Below, piece after piece: positions 51,472 to 59,928 of a stretch of 64,000 nucleotides of DNA. Source of the DNA: Alphaproteobacteria bacterium (GTDB lineage: Bacteria; Pseudomonadota; Alphaproteobacteria; CALKHQ01); the NCBI GenBank assembly GCA_965227515.1, contig CBDDFZ010000001.1, forward strand, positions 3,040,001 through 3,104,000, given 5' to 3'. A program made the position numbers and the translations under genes. The notes under the pieces are model-generated. The model did no database searches, was not told where the DNA came from, and saw only the letters and a list, made by a program, of their open reading frames with translations. The stretch's first letter is position 1. The number at the start of each line of letters is the position of its first letter.

Positions 51472-51489
51472 GGTATGATATAACATAAC
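51472..51489. promoter_or_regulatory. Zur-like box
   Basis: GGTATGATATAACATAAC has one mismatch in the ATGTTATAACAT core of proteobacterial Zur operators; directly upstream of hupE/ureJ. Confidence 0.6.
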
Positions 51490-51629
51490 AATCGTAGGGG
51501 CCGATGTCGTGCTGTCAGGTGGCCTGCCTGTGCGGCAAGAGCGCCCATGATAATGGCTACAGCAGAGCCCGGGGCTCTGAGGTTTCGAGTGAAACGGACG
51601 CCGTAGGGCCGACCGCGGCCCGGCGGTGT

Positions 51630-53858
51630 CTATTCGCCGAATTTTTCCGGATCGATGAACCGGTCGAGCACGTTGCCGGTGACCCGCGACACGTTGTTGT
51701 CGTAGCTGTTGTGGGAGAGGCTGCCGCACCAGGCGATCGATCCGGTGGAAAACACCGCGCCGCCGGCCGGGGTCTCGAAGAACGCCAGGTCGGCGCGGAT
51801 CAGCCGATGCTGGGTGCCGGTCATATCCGGCGTGTTGACCAGCGATTCCTCGTTCACCAGCAGCATCAGGTCGGAGTGACCCTCCGACGAGGCCAGTACC
51901 TTCACGTTCGGCGGGGTGCCCAGCGTGCGCTCCACCCGGTCGAGCTCCAGGCCGGCGGCACCGCCGCCGACCAGGCCAAAGTCGCCGATGATCTCGTCGT
52001 CGACGCCATCGAAGATGAAGGCCACGTCGTCGTCGTGGCTTTCGGGCGTGCGACGATAGTAGGAGCAGATGTCGAAGCCCTGGGCGGTGAAGCCGACGCC
52101 CACCACCTCGTTCGGCGAACGGCCGTTGCGCCGCCATAGCCCGCCGAACTCGCCGGTGAAGCTGTGGAAGTACTCGCCGGGTTCGGCCGCCCAGGTGCGG
52201 GTGCCGTCCTCCGCGCGCCGCACCTCGATCACGCCGGGCAGGTCCCGGTTCCAGGCAATCCGCCAGTACCAGCCGTTGCCGCCCATGTACATCAGCCGCC
52301 CGCCGCGATCGAGCCACGCCATCATGGCGTCGGACATCGCCTTGGAATGGTATTCCGGGTGGGTGCCCGACAGCACGACGCGGTAGGGGGCCAGCAGGCC
52401 GGCGCCTTCGTTGTGCAGGTCCTCGTCGGTGATGACGTCGAAGTCGGTGCCGCGCGCCTCCAGCCAGTCCATCAAATGGGTGTCGGCGTTGAACTGCCAC
52501 AGGCCCGATCCGGTGGCGCCCAGCCAGGACGCGTATTTGGGCCGCATGTTCAGGATCGGCCGGCGGCACGACGAATAGCACACGCCACTGCCGTCGCTGT
52601 GGGTGTCGTAGCAGGACAGCCCCAGTTCCGGGTGGTCGTTGATGTAGAGGTCGCCGGGCTGCAGCACGGTCAGCCGGCCGATCACCATCTCCGACGCGGC
52701 CGCGTGCAGGTGGCAATGGTCGTTGGCGTAGGCCAGATAACAGGCAGTCGGCGCCAGGAACGCCACGTCCGGGCGGTTGCGGCGGCCTGCGGCCCCGCGC
52801 GGCGGGCGCACGAAGAAGGTGATGTAGTCCTCTTGCGTGCCGTCTTCAGCATCGCCATGCCAGACGTGGGCGGCATAGGTGCCCGATATCAGGCTGTCCG
52901 GCACGGTGAGCGAGAAGGCCGGCTCCCAGCCGGCATCGGCGACATCGTCGTCGTGGAAGTGGATCGCGCCGTACTGGTCGGGCCGGTCGGTCCAGCGATG
53001 GGTCGACGCATCCCAGTTCCAGCCCTTCATCGCGCGCGCCGGCAGATTGACGGTGCGGCCGTGCAGGCCATGCGGGCCGGCATCGACCACGGTCTCGTTC
53101 TCGATCTCCTGGCCGAAGTCCCAGGCCGCGACCGTGTGCGCGGCATGGCTCTCCGGCAGCGGGCGGCGGAACAGCCCGTCCAGCTCCACCGCCGACAATG
53201 CGGCATCCAGGATGATGGGGCTGTCGATCTTGCCGTTGAAATGGTCGCCGACGAGGTCGTCAACCGGTCGCCCGGCCATATAAAGATTGCCATTGAACCA
53301 ACTGATATCGGTCGATATTTGGCCTTCGGCGGTGCCTGCGTCGCCGACGCCCGGCCAGGTGCGCAGGGGGCGTTGTTCGGCGAACATCCGCCCGCTGGCG
53401 GCGTCGTAACCGACCGCGACCATGTACCAGCACCGTTCCTTCAGCGGCCGGCCGACAGTCAGGCCGTGGGTGCCCAGCGTGAACGTGACGCCATTGTGGC
53501 CGTCGACCGCCACCGTCAGCTCGCCGCAGGACAGGATCGTCTGGTCGGCCTGTTTCGGCATCGTCGGCCAGATCATCGCCGCGAAAGTGAAGCTGGACAG
53601 CCCGTCCAGCACCGGGTGGCCCGGCACCAGCGCGTACGAGCCCTGGTCCTGGCGCTGCGGCGTGCCCTTGTAGGTCCCGTCGATGGCGCTTGCCACGTGC
53701 TCGGCCTTGAAGCCGGGGCCGGCCGGATTGGCATCGCCGTGGATGACGCGCACCAGTTCCGCCCGGTAGTCCATCGGCGTGGTCGTGGTCACCATGAAGG
53801 TGATGGTGTCGCCCGGCGCCACGCTCAGGCGGTCAGTGTATCCCAGTATGGTCAGCAT
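51630..53858 (-). CDS. N,N-dimethylformamidase large (beta) subunit family protein
   Basis: GY.D.LSV.PGD, LamG-like insert, YGAIHFHDDD, YLAYAN, YDTHSDGSG, HPEY, YMGGNG.YW, GLELDR, GGAVFSTGSI.W. Confidence 0.9.
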   Translation of the reverse strand: MLTILGYTDRLSVAPGDTITFMVTTTTPMDYRAELVRVIHGDANPAGPGFKAEHVASAIDGTYKGTPQRQDQGSYALVPGHPVLDGLSSFTFAAMIWPTMPKQADQTILSCGELTVAVDGHNGVTFTLGTHGLTVGRPLKERCWYMVAVGYDAASGRMFAEQRPLRTWPGVGDAGTAEGQISTDISWFNGNLYMAGRPVDDLVGDHFNGKIDSPIILDAALSAVELDGLFRRPLPESHAAHTVAAWDFGQEIENETVVDAGPHGLHGRTVNLPARAMKGWNWDASTHRWTDRPDQYGAIHFHDDDVADAGWEPAFSLTVPDSLISGTYAAHVWHGDAEDGTQEDYITFFVRPPRGAAGRRNRPDVAFLAPTACYLAYANDHCHLHAAASEMVIGRLTVLQPGDLYINDHPELGLSCYDTHSDGSGVCYSSCRRPILNMRPKYASWLGATGSGLWQFNADTHLMDWLEARGTDFDVITDEDLHNEGAGLLAPYRVVLSGTHPEYHSKAMSDAMMAWLDRGGRLMYMGGNGWYWRIAWNRDLPGVIEVRRAEDGTRTWAAEPGEYFHSFTGEFGGLWRRNGRSPNEVVGVGFTAQGFDICSYYRRTPESHDDDVAFIFDGVDDEIIGDFGLVGGGAAGLELDRVERTLGTPPNVKVLASSEGHSDLMLLVNEESLVNTPDMTGTQHRLIRADLAFFETPAGGAVFSTGSIAWCGSLSHNSYDNNVSRVTGNVLDRFIDPEKFGE

Positions 53859-53871
53859 GAAGGCGCGCCCA

Positions 53872-54177
53872 TCAGTTCAGGTCCTCGCCGGTCATCTCTT
53901 TCCAGCGCAGTCGGAAGACGAACCATTCCGCATCCTCGATGGAGGTGAAAGTGTGCTCGGGCAGCAGTTCGATCGGCTTGTTTCGGCCGCCGGGATGGCG
54001 CGCCAGCACCCATTCCCTGAACGGCTTGGTGCACACCAGCATGTGCTTGCCGGCCATCGGGCCGCCGCGCATGGCGTTCAGGATGCGCTGCAAATTGGGG
54101 CTGTGCGGCCCCAGCACGTTCTGGCGGAACTCGTTGACGTACTCGCGGTCCTCGCGGGGGCGGATCTTGTAGGTCAC
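53872..54177 (-). CDS. Probable dimethylformamidase small (alpha) subunit-like protein
   Basis: EFR....G.HSPNLQRILN.MRG.P..GK ... F.S.EDAEW.VFRLRW; directly upstream of the large subunit. Confidence 0.75.
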   Translation of the reverse strand: MTYKIRPREDREYVNEFRQNVLGPHSPNLQRILNAMRGGPMAGKHMLVCTKPFREWVLARHPGGRNKPIELLPEHTFTSIEDAEWFVFRLRWKEMTGEDLN

Positions 54178-54746
54178 TCGTCGCTCCCGTTCGTGCAGTA
54201 GGTGTACATCTTGCGCACGTCGCGCATCACCTCGTAGGGGTGCGAGGTGAGAACCGTGCCCTCGGCGCTGCCGACCCGGCTGTACGACAACCGGGTCAGG
54301 CCATCGGGCAGCGTCACAGTGACCGTATTGAGCCGGATCATGGCGGTGGCGTCCTCGGTCGCGAAGCTGGGGCGCGGCGTATGGCCCTCCAGCCCTTCCA
54401 GCGCCATGGTGGCGACATGGAAGTCCATGGGCTGCGAGAGCGGCACGGCGAAACCGGCCAGCTTGCCGTCACAGAACAACAGGCGCGGGATCGACCGGTT
54501 CGCGCCCTGGATGACGAGCAGCATGGCCGGCCCCTCGGACGGTCCGGGGTAGCCCTCTTCATCCAGATAGCGTGCGTCGAACGCGCCGCCATATTCGGCT
54601 TCGAGCACTGGCTTAAGCGCCTCGTACGTGGCCCCGTCGCGCACCGCCTGCATCGGGTTGAAATCGTCGGCCAGCGCGCCGGTGGCCGCGCCAAACATGG
54701 CGAGCCCGATCGCTGTGCCCCGGATGACAGTGGCCCGTCTCGTCAT
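54174..54746 (-). CDS. Hypothetical secreted protein
   Basis: MTRRATVIRGTAIGLAMFGAATGALA-DD signal peptide; stop overlaps the next GTG start. Confidence 0.65.
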   Translation of the reverse strand: MTRRATVIRGTAIGLAMFGAATGALADDFNPMQAVRDGATYEALKPVLEAEYGGAFDARYLDEEGYPGPSEGPAMLLVIQGANRSIPRLLFCDGKLAGFAVPLSQPMDFHVATMALEGLEGHTPRPSFATEDATAMIRLNTVTVTLPDGLTRLSYSRVGSAEGTVLTSHPYEVMRDVRKMYTYCTNGSDE

Positions 54747-54766
54747 TCGCAAGCCTCGTTCCCCGC

Positions 54767-55861
54767 TCAGTCGAGGTCGATCGCGCGCTGTTCGCGGATG
54801 CTCTGGTCGGCGGCGAGCACGATACGCAGGCTGTTGACCGCCGCATCCATGGATTCCGAAAGGTCCAGGTCCTCGCGGATCGCCTTCAGGAAATGCATCT
54901 GCTCGCGGTCGCACAGTTCCTGGTGATCCGGCTCGTCGGCCATGTTCAGGATTTCGTCGGGCTTGGCCCAGTTCTTGTTCTCGTCGACCGCGGCGCTGTG
55001 GATCTTGATCGCGTTGGTCTTGGTGTGCTGGTCGATGTCGGCGCTGTCGGAAAGCTCGCCTTCGTCCTTGGCCTCGCCCTGGCCTTCCTGCGACACGACA
55101 ATGGAGACGCAACCCTTCGGTCCCACCACGTCCTTCACGAAATAGGCGATCTCGCTCATCATCGGGCCCCAGCCAGCCTCGTACCAGCCGACCGAGCCGT
55201 CATCGAACTGAACGTGCAGGTGGCCGTAGTTCTGCTGCGCCGCCTCCGCCCACAGCTTGGCGCCGATGCCGTGCACGCGGATCGGCTTGGCCCCGGTGAG
55301 CTGGCACATCACGTCGACATAGTGGACGCCGCAGTCGACGATGGGCGTCAGGCTGTCGATCAGGTTCTTGTGCCAGTACCAGGCGTCGCCACTGGACTGC
55401 TGGTTCAGGTTCAGCCGCATCACCAGCGGCTTGCCCAGGGTCTGGCCGACCTCGATGAACTTCATCCACGACGGATGGACCCGCAGGATGTAGCCCAGCA
55501 CCAGCTTGCGATTATGCTTGCGGGCCAGCGCCACCACCTTCTCGGCGTCCTCGATGTTGGTGGCGATGGGCTTTTCCATGAACACGTGGCAGCCCGCCTC
55601 CAATGCCTTGCAGGCATATTCGGCATGGGTGTCGGGGTAGGAGTTGATGGAGACCGCGTCCGGCTTGGCCTCCGCCATCGCCTTATCGAAATCGTCGAAG
55701 CGCGGGTAGTCGGCCAGTTCCGCCGGCAGGTCGGTGCGCCCGGGCAGCGAGCGGCTCATCATGCCGACGATCTCGAAGCCGTCGATGTTGTGATACGCCT
55801 TGGCGTGGGACGTGCCCATGTTGCCCATGCCCACGACGAGCATCTTCACGTTGTCCGCCAT
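54767..55861 (-). CDS. Gfo/Idh/MocA family oxidoreductase
   Basis: VVGMGNMG Rossmann motif, HVFMEKP, DCGVHYVD. Confidence 0.92.
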   Translation of the reverse strand: MADNVKMLVVGMGNMGTSHAKAYHNIDGFEIVGMMSRSLPGRTDLPAELADYPRFDDFDKAMAEAKPDAVSINSYPDTHAEYACKALEAGCHVFMEKPIATNIEDAEKVVALARKHNRKLVLGYILRVHPSWMKFIEVGQTLGKPLVMRLNLNQQSSGDAWYWHKNLIDSLTPIVDCGVHYVDVMCQLTGAKPIRVHGIGAKLWAEAAQQNYGHLHVQFDDGSVGWYEAGWGPMMSEIAYFVKDVVGPKGCVSIVVSQEGQGEAKDEGELSDSADIDQHTKTNAIKIHSAAVDENKNWAKPDEILNMADEPDHQELCDREQMHFLKAIREDLDLSESMDAAVNSLRIVLAADQSIREQRAIDLD

Positions 55862-55888
55862 CGTCCCCTCCATTGATTTGGCGAGCGC

Positions 55889-55997
55889 TGCAATGCAAAG
55901 ACGTGGATGCCCGCAACAAGTGCGGGCATGACGTCATGGTGCAGTGTTCAGCACTTGCTCCGTCATGGCCGGGCTTGTCCCGGCCATCCACGACTTG
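55889..55997. repeat. Alphaproteobacterial REP pair
   Basis: CGTGGATGCCCGCAACAAGTGCGGGCATGACG and CGTCATGGCCGGGCTTGTCCCGGCCATCCACG in opposite orientation. Confidence 0.8.
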
Positions 55998-56037
55998 CCT
56001 TCCAGGTCCGCCTATGCGCTAGGCCATGCGGGGCCTG

Positions 56038-57204
56038 TTAGATATTCACCGCATTGGCGAAGAACTGCGCCCGGATCAGTTCCAGGTCGACCTCGGCCAT
56101 GTCCTCGTTCAGTTCGAAGCCATTGGCGTCCGACGCCACTTGCTCGTGGTCGAAGGTGTTGGCGCCGGCGATCAGGCTGTTGTCGATGACGTTGTTGACG
56201 TCGACGTCGACGGTGGTCTGGCCCAGCGCCTTGGTGGCGTCGAAGAACGCGGTCCACCGCGCCGGGTCGTGCCAGCCCCAGCCCTCACGCTCTTCCATGT
56301 TGCCACGGAAGACATTGGCGAGCTGCATCATGGATTCCGTGCCGAAGCGCGGGCCCAGGCTGCTCTCCACGATCGGGAACTGCTCGAACACGATCTGGGT
56401 CGCGGCCGCCGGGTTGACGTGGCCGAACTCCAGCCCCATCGCCCAGCCGCGCAGGTAGTCCTCGATCAGCTGGCGGCTGTCCGCGTTCTCCATGTCGGAG
56501 CGACGGACGACGAACGAGTTGGCGGGGAAGGGCGAGGATTCCAGGCCCAGCCAATAGTCGAACTGCAGGCCCTTGCCTTGCCAGTCGGCCCGCAGGCCCT
56601 CCCAGGCCAGCGCGGCATCGCCCTCGCCGCGGGCCAGCAACCTGCCCCATGCCGGCCAGCCGGCCTCGACGTGGTTGACCTTGGAGACGTCGACGCCCAG
56701 CGAATGCAGGATCGGATCGGAGATCGACTGCCACGCGGCACTGCCGAGCAGCACGGTCTTGCCTTCCAGCTCCTTCAGGTCGGTGAGGCCCTCACCGGGA
56801 CGGAACGCGTAGTCGAACACGTCGACCGCGCCCATGTTGAACACAGAAACCAGGTCGAGGCCGTTCTCCAGGGCGAACGAGAACACGCCCGGCGACGGGA
56901 AGCCCATGTCGGCCTGGCCCTGGTCGACGAACTTGACCGTGGCCGTACCGTCCGCCGGTCCCGGCTCCAGCACCGTCTCGATGTCGCCGAAATAGCCGAA
57001 CTGGCTGGCCACCCAGTACGGGTAGTCGTCCAGCACCTCGACGGTGCCGCGCGGCGAGATCCAGGTGAACGGGCCGCGCTGGGCATAGGCCTTCGACGAC
57101 AGTCCGCCGATGGTGGACACCGCCACCGCGCCGGTGGCCGTGACCTGCAGGAACCTGCGCCGGCTGGTGGCGCCAAGGCCCCGGCTGCTGGTCAACTGGT
57201 TCAT
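56038..57204 (-). CDS. ABC transporter substrate-binding protein (NitT/TauT, NMT1/THI5-like) with Tat signal
   Basis: SRRRFLQ Tat motif; PYWVA..GYF, LKELEGKTV; downstream of the permease and ATPase. Confidence 0.85.
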   Translation of the reverse strand: MNQLTSSRGLGATSRRRFLQVTATGAVAVSTIGGLSSKAYAQRGPFTWISPRGTVEVLDDYPYWVASQFGYFGDIETVLEPGPADGTATVKFVDQGQADMGFPSPGVFSFALENGLDLVSVFNMGAVDVFDYAFRPGEGLTDLKELEGKTVLLGSAAWQSISDPILHSLGVDVSKVNHVEAGWPAWGRLLARGEGDAALAWEGLRADWQGKGLQFDYWLGLESSPFPANSFVVRRSDMENADSRQLIEDYLRGWAMGLEFGHVNPAAATQIVFEQFPIVESSLGPRFGTESMMQLANVFRGNMEEREGWGWHDPARWTAFFDATKALGQTTVDVDVNNVIDNSLIAGANTFDHEQVASDANGFELNEDMAEVDLELIRAQFFANAVNI

Positions 57205-57306
57205 GATCTACCTCCCTCAGAATACGCGCTTCGGAAACGCAAGGGTCGCGCGGTTGCGGTCATATGCTACGTCGCTTGCCCCGATCTGGCCAAGCCGGCT
57301 TGGCCG

Positions 57307-58164
57307 TCACGACTGCCAACTGGCCCACTTCTTGCCGATCAGGAAGAACGTCACGTAGATCGAGATGCCGATAACGGCGAGGATCAGGATGACCGCGAAG
57401 AAGTGCGGCATCTGGAAGTTGGCGTTGAAGACGGTCAGGCGGTTGCCCAGCCCGAAGCCGCCGCCGACCATCTCGGCGCCCACGGCCGTCAGCAGGCCGA
57501 AGATGGCGCCGATCATCAGGCCGACGATGATCATCGGCATCGCCATGGGAATGCGGATCTTGAAGAAGATTTGCAGGGTGGAGGCGCCGAACGAGCGGGC
57601 CAGCGCGATCTTGGCGAGGTCTGTGCGCCGGAAGCCGGTGGCGGCATTGATCATCACCATAGGGCCGGACGCCAGCGCCACGACCGTGATGCGCGGCCAG
57701 TAGGTCTCGATGCCCATCGAGTACATGAGCAGCGGCACCAGGGCCAGCATCGGCGTGGTGATCAGCACCAGGATGTACGGCGCGATGATCTTCTCCGCGA
57801 ACGGGAACTGGGTGATGACGGCTGCCAGAAAGATGCCGATGGATGCTCCGATGGCGTAGCCGGAGAAGAGCTCGATCAGCGTGTGGACGATGTGCTCGCC
57901 GATGAGGTTGAAGTCGTTGATCAGCGCGCTGATGATCTCGCTCGGCCGCGGCATCACGTACTGATCGACGCCCTCCGCCCACAGGTAGTATTCCAGGCCG
58001 CCGACGATCAGCACGGCCAAGGCAACAATGGCCACGATCTCCGCCGCGCTACGCTTGCCGGTGCCGGCGGCGAACGCCGACATGTTGGAGACGCCGACCT
58101 CGGAGTCACCGGCGTCCTTCTTGTCGAACTCCGGGATCTGGTCTTTCAGGTGTGCATCAACCAT
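57307..58164 (-). CDS. ABC transporter permease (NitT/TauT family)
   Basis: MPRPSEI, TPMLALVPL, ARSFGAS..QIF.KI..P.AMP, AVGAEM...GLG. Confidence 0.9.
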   Translation of the reverse strand: MVDAHLKDQIPEFDKKDAGDSEVGVSNMSAFAAGTGKRSAAEIVAIVALAVLIVGGLEYYLWAEGVDQYVMPRPSEIISALINDFNLIGEHIVHTLIELFSGYAIGASIGIFLAAVITQFPFAEKIIAPYILVLITTPMLALVPLLMYSMGIETYWPRITVVALASGPMVMINAATGFRRTDLAKIALARSFGASTLQIFFKIRIPMAMPMIIVGLMIGAIFGLLTAVGAEMVGGGFGLGNRLTVFNANFQMPHFFAVILILAVIGISIYVTFFLIGKKWASWQS

Positions 58165-58972
58165 GCGCGGAGGCCGTTTCCGTGGCGGTCGCTGGGGCGT
58201 TTCCGCCAACCGCGACCTGCGGTGTGTGGTGGATCTCGGCCTTGATCTCGTTGACCAGGTCGAAGAAGTGGCGCTCGGCCATCATTTCCAGGGTCCGCGG
58301 TCGTGGATAGTCGATCTTGAACGTGCGGGTCAGCCGGCCGGGACGCTGGGACATCACGAACACCCGGTCGGACAGGAACACCGCCTCCGCGATATTGTGG
58401 GTGATGAAGACGATGGTCTTCTTGGTCTCCAGCCAGATCTTCTCGACCAGCAGGTTCATCTCGTCGCGGGTGAAGGCGTCCAGCGCGCCGAACGGCTCGT
58501 CCATCATCAGGACCGACGGGTCGAACGACAGCGCGCGCACGATGGAGGCGCGTTGCTGCATGCCGCCGCTGAGCTCGCGCGGAAACTTGTGCTCGAACCC
58601 GCCCAGGCCGACCTCGTCCAGCAGGTGAGCGATCCAGGCTAGGTCCGGTGCTTGCTTCTTGATCTCGAAGGGCAGGCGGATGTTGTTGATCAGGTTGCGC
58701 CAGGGCAGCAGGTTGGCTTCTTGGAACACCATGCCGATCTGCGGGTGCGGCCCGACCACCGGCTCGCCATCCAGCGTTACGGTGCCGTCGGTCAGGCTGT
58801 GCAGCCCCGCCATCGACCACAAGAGCGTGGTCTTGCCGCAACCGCTGGGCCCGACGATGCAGGCGAACTCGCCGTCCTCCACATCCATGGTGAAACGGTC
58901 CAGCGCGTGAAGCGGGCCCGATGCGGTGTCGTAGTACTTTGTGGCGCTGTCGACCTTCAGTTTCTCGGGCAT
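58157..58972 (-). CDS. ABC transporter ATP-binding protein (NitT/TauT family)
   Basis: GPSGCGKT, LSGGMQQR, MDEPFGALD, FITH. Confidence 0.93.
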   Translation of the reverse strand: MPEKLKVDSATKYYDTASGPLHALDRFTMDVEDGEFACIVGPSGCGKTTLLWSMAGLHSLTDGTVTLDGEPVVGPHPQIGMVFQEANLLPWRNLINNIRLPFEIKKQAPDLAWIAHLLDEVGLGGFEHKFPRELSGGMQQRASIVRALSFDPSVLMMDEPFGALDAFTRDEMNLLVEKIWLETKKTIVFITHNIAEAVFLSDRVFVMSQRPGRLTRTFKIDYPRPRTLEMMAERHFFDLVNEIKAEIHHTPQVAVGGNAPATATETASAHG

Positions 58973-59130
58973 AGGCTGTTGTCGTGCACCACCGCTGTTG
59001 ATGCGGGTGAGTAAGGCCGACCGGTGCGACCGACTGCCTGCATTCCCCCGTCCGGGCGAAAGTGTTGTCCAGAACAGGCCATTAATCAATAGGTCTGCGC
59101 ATTTCGCACAAACGTGCGACAATGATGAGC

Positions 59131-59505
59131 ATGACAATCGTCGGCATCGATCACGTGCAGCTCGCCATGCCGGCCGGCGGCGAGCACTTGGCGCGTACTT
59201 TCTATTGCGGTGTCCTGGGCCTGGTCGAAGAGGCCAAGCCCGACCATCTGGCCGGCAGGGGCGGGGCCTGGTTCAGGTCGGCGACGGTCCGGGTGCACCT
59301 GGGCGTCGATCCGGCCTTTCGGGCCGCCACCAAGGCACATCCCGGCTTCCTGATCGACGACCTGGACGAGTTGCGCGTGCGTTGCGCGGCAGCCGGTCAG
59401 GACGCCGAGGTGCAGGAGGACCTGCCGGGATTTCGCCGCCTGTTCGTCGCCGACCCGTTCGGCAACCGGCTCGAGTTCCTGGAACCGCTGAAGGATACGG
59501 TCTAG
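59131..59505 (+). CDS. VOC/glyoxalase family protein
   Basis: IDHVQL, FYCGVLGL, HLGVD, KAHPG, DPFGNRLEF. Confidence 0.9.
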   Translation: MTIVGIDHVQLAMPAGGEHLARTFYCGVLGLVEEAKPDHLAGRGGAWFRSATVRVHLGVDPAFRAATKAHPGFLIDDLDELRVRCAAAGQDAEVQEDLPGFRRLFVADPFGNRLEFLEPLKDTV

Positions 59506-59699
59506 CACCCGGACTGGCGGGCGAGCGTCAACGCTTCGGCCAGCACGGTGCGTTCGCCTATGTGGTTGGCGAGGATCAGCACCAGCCGCGCATTCAACGC
59601 GTTGCTCTCGTCGTCCGTCAGGCCCTCGTGAACCTTGAGCAGTTCGGCATAGAAGCCATCGGCGTCGTCTATGTTCGGGGCGGTGATCAAAGGGGGCAT
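59502..59699 (-). CDS. DUF2783 family small protein
   Basis: DGFYAELL..HEGL...ES.ALNARLVLILANHIG. Confidence 0.88.
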   Translation of the reverse strand: MPPLITAPNIDDADGFYAELLKVHEGLTDDESNALNARLVLILANHIGERTVLAEALTLARQSGC

Positions 59700-59731
59700 T
59701 TCAACTCCGGTGCCAGCCAATTTCCTACCAT

Positions 59732-59921
59732 TGTCGTCCTTGCCCGAAGCGAAGCGAATTGGCGAGGGCCCATTCACGTCCAATACGCCACCGGTTGCAC
59801 GGCGTACACCAATTCGAATGGCGGGCGCCCAGGATGCGTCACGGCCCCGAGATCGAGCAAGATCAGGTGGGTGGTAAACCCCGCATTTGAATGGGCCCTC
59901 GCCACAAAGGCGAGGGCGACA
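59732..59921. repeat. REPIN-like paired palindromic element
   Basis: TGTCGTCCTTGCC...GGCGAGGGCCCAT left arm and ATGGGCCCTCGCCACAAAGGCGAGGGCGACA right arm; same family as 5131-5306 and 33732-33913. Confidence 0.75.
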
Positions 59922-59928
59922 AACGAGG

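Noticed and set aside
51473-51500. NikR operator (GTATGA-N16-TCATAC) before hupE/ureJ
   Set aside because: Only one half-site is present, and the Zur-like palindrome fits better.
35826-52716. Apparent long fusions 35826-37544, 11781-13112, 49013-49864, 50788-52716 and 54174-55112 in the ORF track
   Set aside because: The N-terminal parts are off-frame read-through over neighbouring genes. The real genes start at internal ATGs with RBS or stop-start overlaps, so there is no evidence for frameshifts or pseudogenes.
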